Numbered from the stretch's first letter, positions 1 through 11,230 are shown. The stretch is 64,000 nucleotides of DNA from an uncultured Alphaproteobacteria bacterium (GCA_963732205.1 CAVSYE010000001.1:264128-328127), one strand, 5' to 3'. Numbers and translations are program-made. The notes: a model not told the origin generated them from the letters alone.

Positions 1-2142
<2,142 letters not shown>

Positions 2143-2181
2143 GAACTCTCGATGGGCGGCGAGGTTTATCTGCCGGAGGGT

Positions 2182-2250
2182 GGGCCCTATCTGGAGACCA
2201 GGCGGCTCATAACCGTCTGGTTGGAGCTTCGAGTCCTCCCGGGGCCGCCA
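2182..2250 (+). pseudogene. Decayed tRNA with CAT anticodon (Ile2/Met-like), possible integration-site remnant
   Basis: Anticodon arm ggcggCTCATAAccgtc, T-arm ggagcTTCGAGTcctcc, terminal CCA; D-arm collapsed and acceptor stem mismatched. Confidence 0.7.
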
Positions 2251-2479
2251 GCTTTTACAAGCACTTAGCGGGATTATCGCCCCTGGCAGCCAATGCGGAC
2301 CCGCCGGGGGACATGGGTGCGCTGCGCGGGGCCCACGCAGGGGCGGTCCCGCTGGCTGGCTGCACCACACGCTGAGGTGCGCCCCCCGCCATCAGCGGGC
2401 ATCACCGCAGGCGCTGATGTTGCCCGCGCCGCGTGCTACATGTTGACAAAGCACAACCGACGTGTCGGAGCGCAGCATC

Positions 2480-3371
2480 ATGGCTCTGTCTCGATCCCAA
2501 CGACTGACTTTGATAAAGGAGATCGCCGATCGGCTTAGCCGAGAGTCGCGAGCTTTTATCAACGCCACCCTGAAGCAGTTTGGGCTGCCCCGCGGACCGG
2601 CTGGCGGCTACGACCACCCCTACGTTCTGGCACAGATCGAAGATGCCAAGGACCAGGAGCTCATCGAGCTTGCCGATCATCTCGGGTTCACGGTGGACTT
2701 TGAGCCGTCGCTACAATCCCTCAAGGGCGCGCCGGTCGAGTGCAAGGCGTGGCGTTCCGGTGCTTTCCGACTGTTCCTCTCTCACCTTGCCAAAGAGCGA
2801 GAATATGCGGCAGAGCTGCAGGAGCATCTGACGAAATACGGTATCAGTTGCTTCGTCGCGCACGAGGACATCAAGCCAACCAGGGAGTGGCAGGATGAGA
2901 TCGAGGCAGCGCTCGCGACCTGCGATGCCCTCCTGGCGCTGCTCCACCCCGGATTTCACGAGAGCCTCTGGACCGACCAGGAGATTGGTTACGTAATGGG
3001 TCGGGGATTGCCTGCGTTTGCCGTGAGACTGGGCGAGGAGCCCTACGCGCTTCCAGGCGTTCAATGGTCTTCGGAAGCGGCCCGAGGCGCTGGCGCGAGA
3101 GATCGTTGAGGCCTTCTTGGAGCACCCACAGATGGCAGCAGTGCTTTCGGAGGGCGTGATAAGTGCGTTCGAGCAGAGCCGCTCGTTCAATGATGCCCTG
3201 GAGCGCATCGCACACGTTGAGCGCATAGCGGTTTGGGACCCCACCTTCGGCCCGCGCTTGCGCGAGGCTGTGAGGAAGAATGATCAGATCGCGAAGGCCT
3301 TCGGCGTTCCGCATCGCGTTGAGGCTCTCATTGAGAGGTTCGAGGGCTCGCAAGTCGATGCCGCCCAATGA
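2480..3371 (+). pseudogene. TIR-domain protein (~296 aa if rejoined), frameshifted at 3047/3048
   Basis: LFLSH, FVAHEDI and SLWTDQEIG (catalytic Glu position); protein-like sequence resumes as RFQAFNG...AAQ in the frame of ORF 3117..3371. Confidence 0.85.
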
Positions 3372-4078
3372 GCACCCCCACGCCGGCCAGCAGAACCGCT
3401 CGCAAACTACCGGGAACCGCTACAGCGCAGGAATTTGAGCACGCGCTTGAGGTGTTCCGTACGAACGTCCAGTCGGGCGCGCAGTTTTTCTACGCCTACC
3501 TCGCCGTGCACGCGATGGCAGCCGAGGACAGCAGGGTCCACCGCATTCTCAACCGCACTCCACTGTTCTGGAACACGAGCCTCGGAGCACTACAGACCGC
3601 GACCTTCATAGCACTAGGCCGCGTGTTTGATGGGACGACCCGGCACAATCTGAATGCACTGCTAAAACTCGCCGACCAGAACAGGCAAGTTTTCACTAAG
3701 CAGCCGCCTCCGACTAGTGCCGACTTCCGTCGGCTCAACGCCTGCGCGACGAGGTGGAGCGCGATTTACGACAAGAGCTATCGTCCTCTTCGCAACAAGG
3801 TGTTCGCGCACACTGTTGTTACCGACGACAGAACAGTCCACGCGATGATGTCGAAGACGAAGGTACGAGAGCTAGAGCGCCTGTTCTCGTCTCTACTCTC
3901 TCTAGAAAAAGCCTTGTGGGATCTGCTCAAGAATGGACACAAGCCGCTGCTTCGGCGGCAGAGCTACTCACTGAAGCGCATGCTTGGCAGACCGGATAGC
4001 TACCGAGACAGGTATGCGCAGGAGCGCGTCGTGTTAGAGGCCAAGCGTCTTCTACTCGCCGCCGCCGAGATCCCATAG
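3368..4078 (+). CDS. HEPN-domain protein (AbiU2-like), putative RNase
   Basis: All-helical 236 aa; FWNT..ALQ..FIALGRVFD; R-x5-H motif RNKVFAH at 3791-3811; ATGA overlap with upstream gene. Confidence 0.7.
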   Translation: MSTPTPASRTARKLPGTATAQEFEHALEVFRTNVQSGAQFFYAYLAVHAMAAEDSRVHRILNRTPLFWNTSLGALQTATFIALGRVFDGTTRHNLNALLKLADQNRQVFTKQPPPTSADFRRLNACATRWSAIYDKSYRPLRNKVFAHTVVTDDRTVHAMMSKTKVRELERLFSSLLSLEKALWDLLKNGHKPLLRRQSYSLKRMLGRPDSYRDRYAQERVVLEAKRLLLAAAEIP

Positions 4079-5076
4079 TGCGCCCGTTCACATACCGCAA
4101 CACGAAGACTGACCCGAGATGGTCGAGGGAGCCATTCCACCGGATTAGGTCGCGTGGATACGCCTATGAAAATGCCACCCACTACGTGCACTTCGGCGGA
4201 CATGCCAATGGACTATGGACTTTCGACCACGGTAACGCCGGGACCCTAGCGCAGGGCAACGGTGGGGAAGGCGGGCTGCGGCACTGGGCTGAAGAAACGT
4301 TCGGCGCTGAAGACGTCGTGCAGATGCAGCTTGAGGTCGGCCACGTCGTAACCGGGGTTTGGCGTCCTGGCCTGTATTATCAGAACCAAACGCTACAGGC
4401 TTTGGGCGGATCCGAGGTTGAGCTCCGATCCGCGGAGCAGGCACTCCGCTTGTTGGTCGAGCGTCTCGACGAGATGCTCCTCTATGTTGAGCCGTCGGCC
4501 CACGGACTGGCGGCCTTCAGCCATAAGACGCGCGAGTTGCTGATCCTCGCTAGCACCGAGGTTGAGAACCAGTTGAAGCAGTATTTGAGATTGGCGGCGT
4601 ACGAGAAACAGGACGACCTGAGCATGGCCGACTACGTCAAGTTGGAGCCTAGGCTCTATGTCCGCGAGTTCATGCTTACTTTGAGGCCTTACGAAGGTGT
4701 AGAGCGGCTAACTCCATTCAGAGGATGGGACGCGGCTCGCCCCACCAGATCGCTGCCTTGGTACGACGCCTACAATAAGACGAAACATGATCGCACTAAA
4801 CACTTTGAGGAAGCCACGCTTGCGAACTGCCTCTCTGCCGTAGCCGCAAACGTGATCCTCTTCTGCGCGCGCTGGGGACCGTTCTTTCTGATTGATGGTC
4901 AGGGGCCACTGTCATCGCAGGTCAACCAACTATTCAGAATAGAACTCAACGAGCCTGACGTGACATCGTTCTATGTGCCTCTCGTTGAGTTCCCCGGCGA
5001 CACTCGTAGAGATTTCTTTTGGTTCGAAGGAGACAGATACGCTGTACCTTGGAAGGCGCTGCCGCTTACCATGTGA
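4078..5076 (+). CDS. Uncharacterised protein with HEPN-like C-terminal domain
   Basis: 332 aa; RELLILASTEVE and PWYDAYNKTKHDR motifs; GTG start overlaps upstream TAG; paralogue at 29159-29812. Confidence 0.75.
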   Translation: MRPFTYRNTKTDPRWSREPFHRIRSRGYAYENATHYVHFGGHANGLWTFDHGNAGTLAQGNGGEGGLRHWAEETFGAEDVVQMQLEVGHVVTGVWRPGLYYQNQTLQALGGSEVELRSAEQALRLLVERLDEMLLYVEPSAHGLAAFSHKTRELLILASTEVENQLKQYLRLAAYEKQDDLSMADYVKLEPRLYVREFMLTLRPYEGVERLTPFRGWDAARPTRSLPWYDAYNKTKHDRTKHFEEATLANCLSAVAANVILFCARWGPFFLIDGQGPLSSQVNQLFRIELNEPDVTSFYVPLVEFPGDTRRDFFWFEGDRYAVPWKALPLTM

Positions 5077-5113
5077 AAGGTGGGCGTGGGGACCCCGCGC
5101 AATCACCAGGACC

Positions 5114-5767
5114 TTAGTGCCTACCCCGATACACAACCCGCGCCACGAGCGGAGAGGCAATGACGAGCAGATAAAGCAGCATGGCGTAATCGGGCGAGTA
5201 GAGGCTCGCGATCATGGAGAGAACGGCAGACGCAATCAGCACGCCGAGCTTGACGCGTCCCTCGGTTTCGCTCGCGCGGGCGCGGCTGCTGCCGCGTTCG
5301 GCGGCGCGCGAAACGAGGAGCGACGTCACCGCCAGCCAGATCATGTTGGCGCCGTAGATCCACACGGCTGCCGCCAAATCGTAGCGGCTCACCGCCAGCA
5401 TCGAGAACGGCAGGAAGGTGACGCCCAGCAGATGCAACAGCGTCGCCCGCGCATAGGCCGGGCTCGCCATGTCCGGTTCTCCAGTCTCACCTTGCGCGCG
5501 TCCGGACCAGAAGCCGATGAGGACGAAAAAGGTGATGAGATAGGCGGTGAACGTGTCGGAGAGGCCCGCAAGCTTGTGCAGGAACTCCTGATTGGTCTTG
5601 GGGTGGAAGTCTTGCGGCAGCTCGATGTTGATGACCAGCAACGTCATCGCGAAGGCGAAGACGCCGTCGGTCAATGAATCGAGCCGGCTCCTCGGGATGA
5701 AACCGGCCGCTTCCTGTTTCTGGACTGACAAGCCTCGCTCCCGCTCGGCTGCCCGCGATTCGCGCAA
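5114..5767 (-). CDS. TMEM175 (DUF1211) family potassium channel
   Basis: RLDSLTDGVFAFAMTLL signature; multiple transmembrane helices. Confidence 0.85.
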   Translation of the reverse strand: MRESRAAERERGLSVQKQEAAGFIPRSRLDSLTDGVFAFAMTLLVINIELPQDFHPKTNQEFLHKLAGLSDTFTAYLITFFVLIGFWSGRAQGETGEPDMASPAYARATLLHLLGVTFLPFSMLAVSRYDLAAAVWIYGANMIWLAVTSLLVSRAAERGSSRARASETEGRVKLGVLIASAVLSMIASLYSPDYAMLLYLLVIASPLVARVVYRGRH

Positions 5768-5880
5768 TTAGTCATCCTCGGTCCGAAGTCGCTTTGTGGT
5801 CAACTCGTGCCAAGACTTATCCCCCCGCTCCTGGAATCATCCCTGAGCGCTGCGATCTCGCCTGAGCGGCGCAACGGACT

Positions 5881-6352
5881 CCTTCCCTCCCCTTGACGGG
5901 GAGGGAGTCGCGCCTTTGGCGCGACGGGTGGGGTGGAGGGCACTGCGGCCGCCGTATTGCCGTGTGAGACTCACGGCCCCCACCCCAGCGTCGCGCTGCA
6001 TTAGTGCGCTACCGCTTCGCTGCTTGAGCGCGAGCGCGCCGCCGGACCTCCCCACGAGGGGGAGGTATGAAAAGGAACGGACGCAGCAGCAGACTCCCCG
6101 CTCTCCCCTTGTGGGAGAGCACGACTGCCATCCTGAAAGCGCTATCGCTTTGCTACTTGAGCGCAGATGCGCAGTCGGTGAGGGGTCAGCGGCGAACGCG
6201 TAAGCGTGAAGCCGCGTCTCGAAAAGAATCACCCCTCACCCTTTCCACCATGCGACTTGCGAAGCGCGTCCTTTAATGCGCTACCGCTTCGCTACTTGAG
6301 CGCGCCGCGCCGGCAAGATCGCGGCGGAAAGCCCTCTCCCACAAGGGAGAGG
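5881..6352. repeat. Cluster of palindromic hairpins interleaved with three 26-bp direct repeats
   Basis: GCGCTAYCGCTTYGCTRCTTGAGCGC at 6006, 6139 and 6278; hairpins such as CCCTCTCCCACAAGGGAGAGGG. Confidence 0.75.
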
Positions 6353-6725
6353 GGCGGAGCTTCCCGTTCCCTCGCACTTTCGGGTCCCTGTTTGTCCCCG
6401 GCGTTTTTATTTGCCGTATCATCGCATCACCTCGTCCGTTTGAGGGGCGCGCTCTAGAGGCGTCTTGATCGCGGGACGGGGTGCGGCGCCCGCGGGTCTT
6501 GACGCAACAAGACACCCGGGCGGCACCGGGGCTCCTCCCGGGACCACTACGAGTCCCTGCCAGGAGCTGGCTGATCGCCCGGCCATAGCCGGCAACGGAA
6601 AGCGAGGCCCGATGCCGGAATGAGAACGCCGTGACTGGCGCGCCGAGAGGCGCCTGCGCGGTCCCGCCAAGGATCGCGAGCTATCAGATTTGCGCTTTTC
6701 GGCGCGCCATCCGCCTCGCGGGGAA

Positions 6726-6791
6726 GGGTGGGCAACTCTTCGTTGCCCACGCTGAATATCGGCGGGCCCGCTTTCGCTTTGCCCACCCTAC
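6726..6791 (-). repeat. Pair of REP-like palindromes (GTAG type)
   Basis: Minus strand GTAGGGTGGGCAAAGCGAAAGCGGGCCCGCC (6761-6791) plus GGGTGGGCAACTCTTCGTTGCCCAC (6726-6750). Confidence 0.6.
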
Positions 6792-6892
6792 GCTGTTTGA
6801 CATGCCCTCGCGCGATTGCGCGGCGAGGCGTTGACGCTCGCCCACTTAAGATGAGCGCGAAGTTCCGCTCAGGCGGCGGAGATGACTGTTCC

Positions 6893-6961
6893 CTAAACGA
6901 CCCCAGCGGCGATCAGCCCAGCCAGAATGGCCGCAAACAGGAAGAACAACTTGACCGCCAT
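6893..6961 (-). CDS. Putative 22-aa single-transmembrane small protein
   Basis: MAVKLFFLFAAILAGLIAAGVV*, not in the ORF track; no clear RBS. Confidence 0.4.
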   Translation of the reverse strand: MAVKLFFLFAAILAGLIAAGVV

Positions 6962-7175
6962 GACGTTCGCTTCGTGTTGGGTCGTCGGAGTCGCGAATGG
7001 AAAGGTCACGGTGTCCCCCTTCGTTTAGTGGCTCTCTGGGTAGACAAACTCGGATGATCGGCTCGCTGTTCCCGCGCCCGGTTTTGCGCGTTCGGGCCAA
7101 GTGCATTTGAGGTTTTTTCCCCTTCGTTTTCGGGGTAGTTTGGTGCGCGGCCGAGGGAGCCGGAACGGGGGTTCC

Positions 7176-9146
7176 ATGCTGCCTGAACGCCAGTCGAGCG
7201 CTCTTGCTGCGATCGCATCGTTGCCGATCGCCTGTGCGCTTGTCTTTCTCCTTTTCCCGCAAACGCGGGCAGCGGCCGAGAATGCGGCCCCCGCCTGCGA
7301 CGAGTTCGGGCTCGCGCTCCTCTCCTCGCCGATTGCGCCCTGGAAGGGGGCACCGCTCCGCGTCATCTTCGCCGCGGAGAAGCCGCTTGCCGGCGAGCTT
7401 CAGCTGATCGCCCCCAAGGGAAAGATCGCGACCCAATCGTCGGACATGCAAGGCGGCCCGCCTTATTTCTGGTTCGCCGAGATCGCTTCGCCGGAGGCCG
7501 GCACGTGGCAAGCGAAGCTGACGCGCGCGGGGGCTGCGCCGGAATGCCGAGAGGTCACCCGCGCGATCGTGGTCGACCGCAAGGAGCCGCGAAGTCCTCG
7601 CGCCGGCAAGGGGGTGTGGCCCGTGCGCGGCCAATGGAATCGCCAGACCGAAAATCTGTACGCGGCCTGGATCGAGAAACTGTTCGACGCGCCGCTCGAT
7701 CAAGAGCTGACGTGGAAGGCGATGGACGCGGTGCTGCACGATCAATCGCGCAATGTTCTGTTCGACCATCTCGGCCTGCACGAGGACCAGAAGGCGACGA
7801 TCATTCAACCCGATTGCGCCGACGTTCCTTATTTCCTGCGCGCCTATTTCGCCTTCAAGATGGGACTGCCGTTCGGCTACGCGAAGTGCACGCGCGGCGA
7901 CGGCGGCGTGCCGCCGAAATGCCCCCAATGGTGGAACATCGTGAACGAAGAGCCGCCGCCCGCGCTCGATACCGGGAGCAGCGGGATGGTCGAGCCCGCC
8001 GGCTTCTTCGGCATCTTTGGACCGCCGGAAGCGGCGCCTACCGTGCGGCGCACCGTCCCCCAGAGGCCGAAAGGGCTCGTGCCCGGGTTCCAATATTATT
8101 TGACGAGGACCGTTGCCGACGCCGTGCAGTCCGGGAACGGGCGAACCGCGGCCGACGACGACAACACCGATTATTATCCGGTGCCGCTCGCGCAAGACAC
8201 TTTGCGTCCCGGCACGATCTACGCCGATCCTTATGGGCACGTTCTCATTCTCGTGAAGCGCGTGGCGCAGACCGGCGGGGGCGCCGCCGTGTTTCTTGCC
8301 GTCGATGGGCAGCCCGACGGCACGGTCGCGCGCAAGCGGTTTTGGCGCGGCAATTTCCTGTTTGCGCAAGATCCCGCGCTCGGAAGCCCCGGATTCAAGC
8401 GATTCCGCCCCATCGTGCAGGAGAAGAACGGTACGTTGCGGCGGCTGGCCAATGCGGAGATCGCCAAGGATCCCGACTACGGCGATTTTTCGCTCGAACA
8501 GTCGAAGCTCGGCGTCGAAGATTTCTACGACCGCATGGACGACGTGATGTCGCCCCAGCCGCTCGATCCCGTGCAGGCGCTGAAGGACGTGATCACCTCG
8601 CTCGAGGAGCAGGTGAACACGCGCGTGACCTCGGTCGAAAATGGCCGCCAATATCTTGCCGGCGGCGGCAAGAACGTGGACATGCCGGACGGCGCCTCGA
8701 TCTTCGAGACGACCGGCGCGGGGGAAGATTTCGCCACGCCCTCGCGTGATTTGCGCTTGCTGATCGCTATCGACGTGGTGCGCAACTTCCCCGACCGGGT
8801 GGCGCGGCGCCCGGAGCGTTACGCGATGCCTTCGGGCAAGACCCCAGCGGACGTCAAGGCGGAGCTTGATGGCTTGCTTGCGTCCGAGCTTGCCGCGCGC
8901 AAATTCACCTATACGCGCACCGACGGCTCTCCGTGGCCTTTGACGCTCAAGGACCTGCTCGACCGCACGGTTGATCTCGAGATGGCCTACAACATCAATG
9001 ACTGCGTCGAGGTGCGGTGGGGTGCGCCGGAGGGCAGCGAGGAAGCGTCGACCTGCAAGCGGCATGCGCCGGCGTCACAGCGCCAGAAGATGGCGTCGGA
9101 CTACCGTGCCTGGTTCAGCGAGCGCCGCCGCCCGCCGCGCGGCTGA
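7176..9146 (+). CDS. Large exported hypothetical protein with possible papain/NlpC-P60-like Cys-His pair
   Basis: Signal-like N-terminus; PDCADVPY and DPYGHVLILV motifs; host-like codon usage; start uncertain (7101 or 7176). Confidence 0.75.
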   Translation: MLPERQSSALAAIASLPIACALVFLLFPQTRAAAENAAPACDEFGLALLSSPIAPWKGAPLRVIFAAEKPLAGELQLIAPKGKIATQSSDMQGGPPYFWFAEIASPEAGTWQAKLTRAGAAPECREVTRAIVVDRKEPRSPRAGKGVWPVRGQWNRQTENLYAAWIEKLFDAPLDQELTWKAMDAVLHDQSRNVLFDHLGLHEDQKATIIQPDCADVPYFLRAYFAFKMGLPFGYAKCTRGDGGVPPKCPQWWNIVNEEPPPALDTGSSGMVEPAGFFGIFGPPEAAPTVRRTVPQRPKGLVPGFQYYLTRTVADAVQSGNGRTAADDDNTDYYPVPLAQDTLRPGTIYADPYGHVLILVKRVAQTGGGAAVFLAVDGQPDGTVARKRFWRGNFLFAQDPALGSPGFKRFRPIVQEKNGTLRRLANAEIAKDPDYGDFSLEQSKLGVEDFYDRMDDVMSPQPLDPVQALKDVITSLEEQVNTRVTSVENGRQYLAGGGKNVDMPDGASIFETTGAGEDFATPSRDLRLLIAIDVVRNFPDRVARRPERYAMPSGKTPADVKAELDGLLASELAARKFTYTRTDGSPWPLTLKDLLDRTVDLEMAYNINDCVEVRWGAPEGSEEASTCKRHAPASQRQKMASDYRAWFSERRRPPRG

Positions 9147-9242
9147 GAGTTATTTGCGCGAAGCGATGGGCAGCGAGGAGCGCGCACAGGGAACCGCCCT
9201 CATGGCCGTGGAGCAGGCCGGCGGGGGGCGCGAAGCTCGGGC

Positions 9243-9968
9243 TTAGCGCAGCGAGGCGCCGGCGGCCGACATCATGGGGCAGCCGAGCGTCTTCTCGAAG
9301 GCCTTCACCAGATCGTCCCGGTTCTTGGCCGTGATGAAGAGGCCGCCCGTTTCCTCGGCGAGACATTTTACATCGAGGATGCTCTCAGCGCCCGTCCAGC
9401 TGAACCCCGTGAGTTGATAGCCGATGACATGAACGGTTAGGTCTCGACTGTTGGCTTTGAGAAATTTGCCGAACTCGCACGGCGCCCCGCCGCAGGTTTC
9501 CTCACCGTCGGTCACCAGGACGACGACGCCTTTCTCCGTCCGGTAGTCGAGAACCTCGGCAGCCTGCTTCACCGCTGCCACCAGCGGCGTCTTTCCGGCC
9601 GGGTTGAGCGCGTTCACCGCACTCATGATGCGCTCGGCCGCGTTGGGGATCGGCGGGAAGGCCAGATCGACATTGCATTGCCCGTAGGGCCCGGGACCGA
9701 AAGTGATAAGCCCGACCTTGCGGAACCTCGTGACCCCCGGCAGCACCTCGCCCAAGGCTTTGCGGACCTCGTCGATGCGCGTCTTATCGCTGAAGAGGCC
9801 TTGGACCGTATTGCCGGCCATGGACCCCGAGGCATCGAAGACGATCATGGCGTCCTCGGTGCATGGCGTCCGAGGTTCGTCATCCGCCGCCTGCGCAGTC
9901 GCCGATCCGGCGAGGAGCGCAATAAGCGCGAGTGCAATTGGACACACGCAGCGTGACAGCATGTTCAT
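9243..9968 (-). CDS. Exported VWA-domain protein
   Basis: MIDAS DASGSM, GKTPL, LVTDGEETC; signal peptide. Confidence 0.9.
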   Translation of the reverse strand: MNMLSRCVCPIALALIALLAGSATAQAADDEPRTPCTEDAMIVFDASGSMAGNTVQGLFSDKTRIDEVRKALGEVLPGVTRFRKVGLITFGPGPYGQCNVDLAFPPIPNAAERIMSAVNALNPAGKTPLVAAVKQAAEVLDYRTEKGVVVLVTDGEETCGGAPCEFGKFLKANSRDLTVHVIGYQLTGFSWTGAESILDVKCLAEETGGLFITAKNRDDLVKAFEKTLGCPMMSAAGASLR

Positions 9969-10048
9969 TCCATGATTTTAGCCTAGAGTGGGGACGCCTT
10001 GCAGAGGCGGCTCGGTGCAACATCGACGCAGTGGGCGCGGCTCCCCAC

Positions 10049-11230
10049 CTAAAGCTCAGCCTCGATGGCGTGGAGCAGCCGGAAGCGCATCTCGCCGTCG
10101 TTGCTCTTCATCGAGATCACGAAGCGCACCCGCCCGTGGCTCTTGGTGTCGGCGTAGCCCGCCAGAGTGTGGACGCCGGACATCGTACCGGTCTTGTTCA
10201 TGCCGCCGTCATGGCCGTGGAGCAGGCCGGCGTGAGGCGCGAACAGCTCGAGCACTTTGGCGAGGCCGCGGGCGGTGAAGTGATTGTCGCGGCTGATGCC
10301 AGAGCCCTCCTCGAGATGGACCGAATCAGCGAGGCCGTTGGCGGCAAGCATGCTGTTCGCGACCTTGAGCGACTTCTCGAGGCTGACGGGTCCGCCCAGG
10401 GTCCCGCCGATCTCCAGGAAGACTTGATTGGCGATGTAGTTGTTCGAGGCAATGAGCAGCTGGACGAGGATCTGCGAAAGGGGGCGCGACTTGTGGACGT
10501 AGACCGGCTCGAGGCCTTGCGGAACGGTGCCCGTCGTGATGTTGCCCTTCACGCTGCCGCCCGCCCGGCCGATGAACGCGGCAATCAGTTCGCCGGCATA
10601 TTGCAGGCTCACCGCGGGGGCCTGGCTCAGGCTGATGCGACCGGCCCCTTTAGGGCCCCGCGCCCGGAATTCTTTGACCGCTAGAGGGGTGATCGGCGTC
10701 TGCGGCTCGCCAGAGAGGACACTGCTGCCCTTGCGCACGGCGTAGATCGTATTGAAGTTGACCGCGAGCGCCGAGTTCAGCGCGTTGTAGGATTCGTCGG
10801 TGTCCTCGATGCCGGGAATGCGGAGGTCGGAAGGGTAGTAGCTCGCGTCGAGCACGATGCCGGTGATGGGCTCCTTGCCGATCGCAGCGACGAGCTCTTT
10901 CGCGAGAGGCGCCAGCTCCTCTGAGATCAAGAAAGGATCGCCGCCACCGCGCACGTACAGCACCCGATCCTTGTCCAGGTAGAAGCGGGTCTCGAAGCGA
11001 TAGTCGGGGCCCAAGACCTCCAGCGCCAGCCACGCCGTCACGATCTTGGTGACGGAGGCGGGCACGAAGGGCTTATCGGCGTTCTGGGCGATCAGCTCGT
11101 TGCCCTTTTCGTCCACGACGAGCACCAGCGCCGACGGAGCCATCGCCGCGACCTTCTCCCTGACGCCGGCCAGCGCAGGGGTGGGCAGGATGAGCAAAGC
11201 CCAGATAAGGACGAGCAGGCGGGACCACAT
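10049..11230 (-). CDS. dacB: D-alanyl-D-alanine carboxypeptidase/endopeptidase (peptidase S13)
   Basis: SxxK (PASVTK), SxN (SNN) and KTG motifs; signal peptide. Confidence 0.9.
   Translation of the reverse strand: MWSRLLVLIWALLILPTPALAGVREKVAAMAPSALVLVVDEKGNELIAQNADKPFVPASVTKIVTAWLALEVLGPDYRFETRFYLDKDRVLYVRGGGDPFLISEELAPLAKELVAAIGKEPITGIVLDASYYPSDLRIPGIEDTDESYNALNSALAVNFNTIYAVRKGSSVLSGEPQTPITPLAVKEFRARGPKGAGRISLSQAPAVSLQYAGELIAAFIGRAGGSVKGNITTGTVPQGLEPVYVHKSRPLSQILVQLLIASNNYIANQVFLEIGGTLGGPVSLEKSLKVANSMLAANGLADSVHLEEGSGISRDNHFTARGLAKVLELFAPHAGLLHGHDGGMNKTGTMSGVHTLAGYADTKSHGRVRFVISMKSNDGEMRFRLLHAIEAEL

Noticed and set aside
2182-2250. Functional tRNA-Met/Ile2
   Set aside because: D arm missing, acceptor stem mismatched, T-arm stem mismatched.
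2443-2448. TTGACA as the -35 box of the TIR operon
   Set aside because: No credible -10 hexamer at 16-18 bp spacing, and it is too close to the start codon.
2480-5076. Assignment to Thoeris, CBASS or Pycsar
   Set aside because: No SIR2/Macro ThsA, nucleotide cyclase or other signature partner recognised nearby.
6006-6303. Three 26-bp repeats as a CRISPR array
   Set aside because: Spacers of ~107-113 bp are too long, are themselves hairpin repeats, and no cas genes are present.
6846-9065. 739-aa minus-strand ORF
   Set aside because: Antisense shadow of the 7176-9146 gene; Arg/Gly-rich with no motifs, typical of high-GC DNA. The same applies to most other overlapping ORFs in the track.
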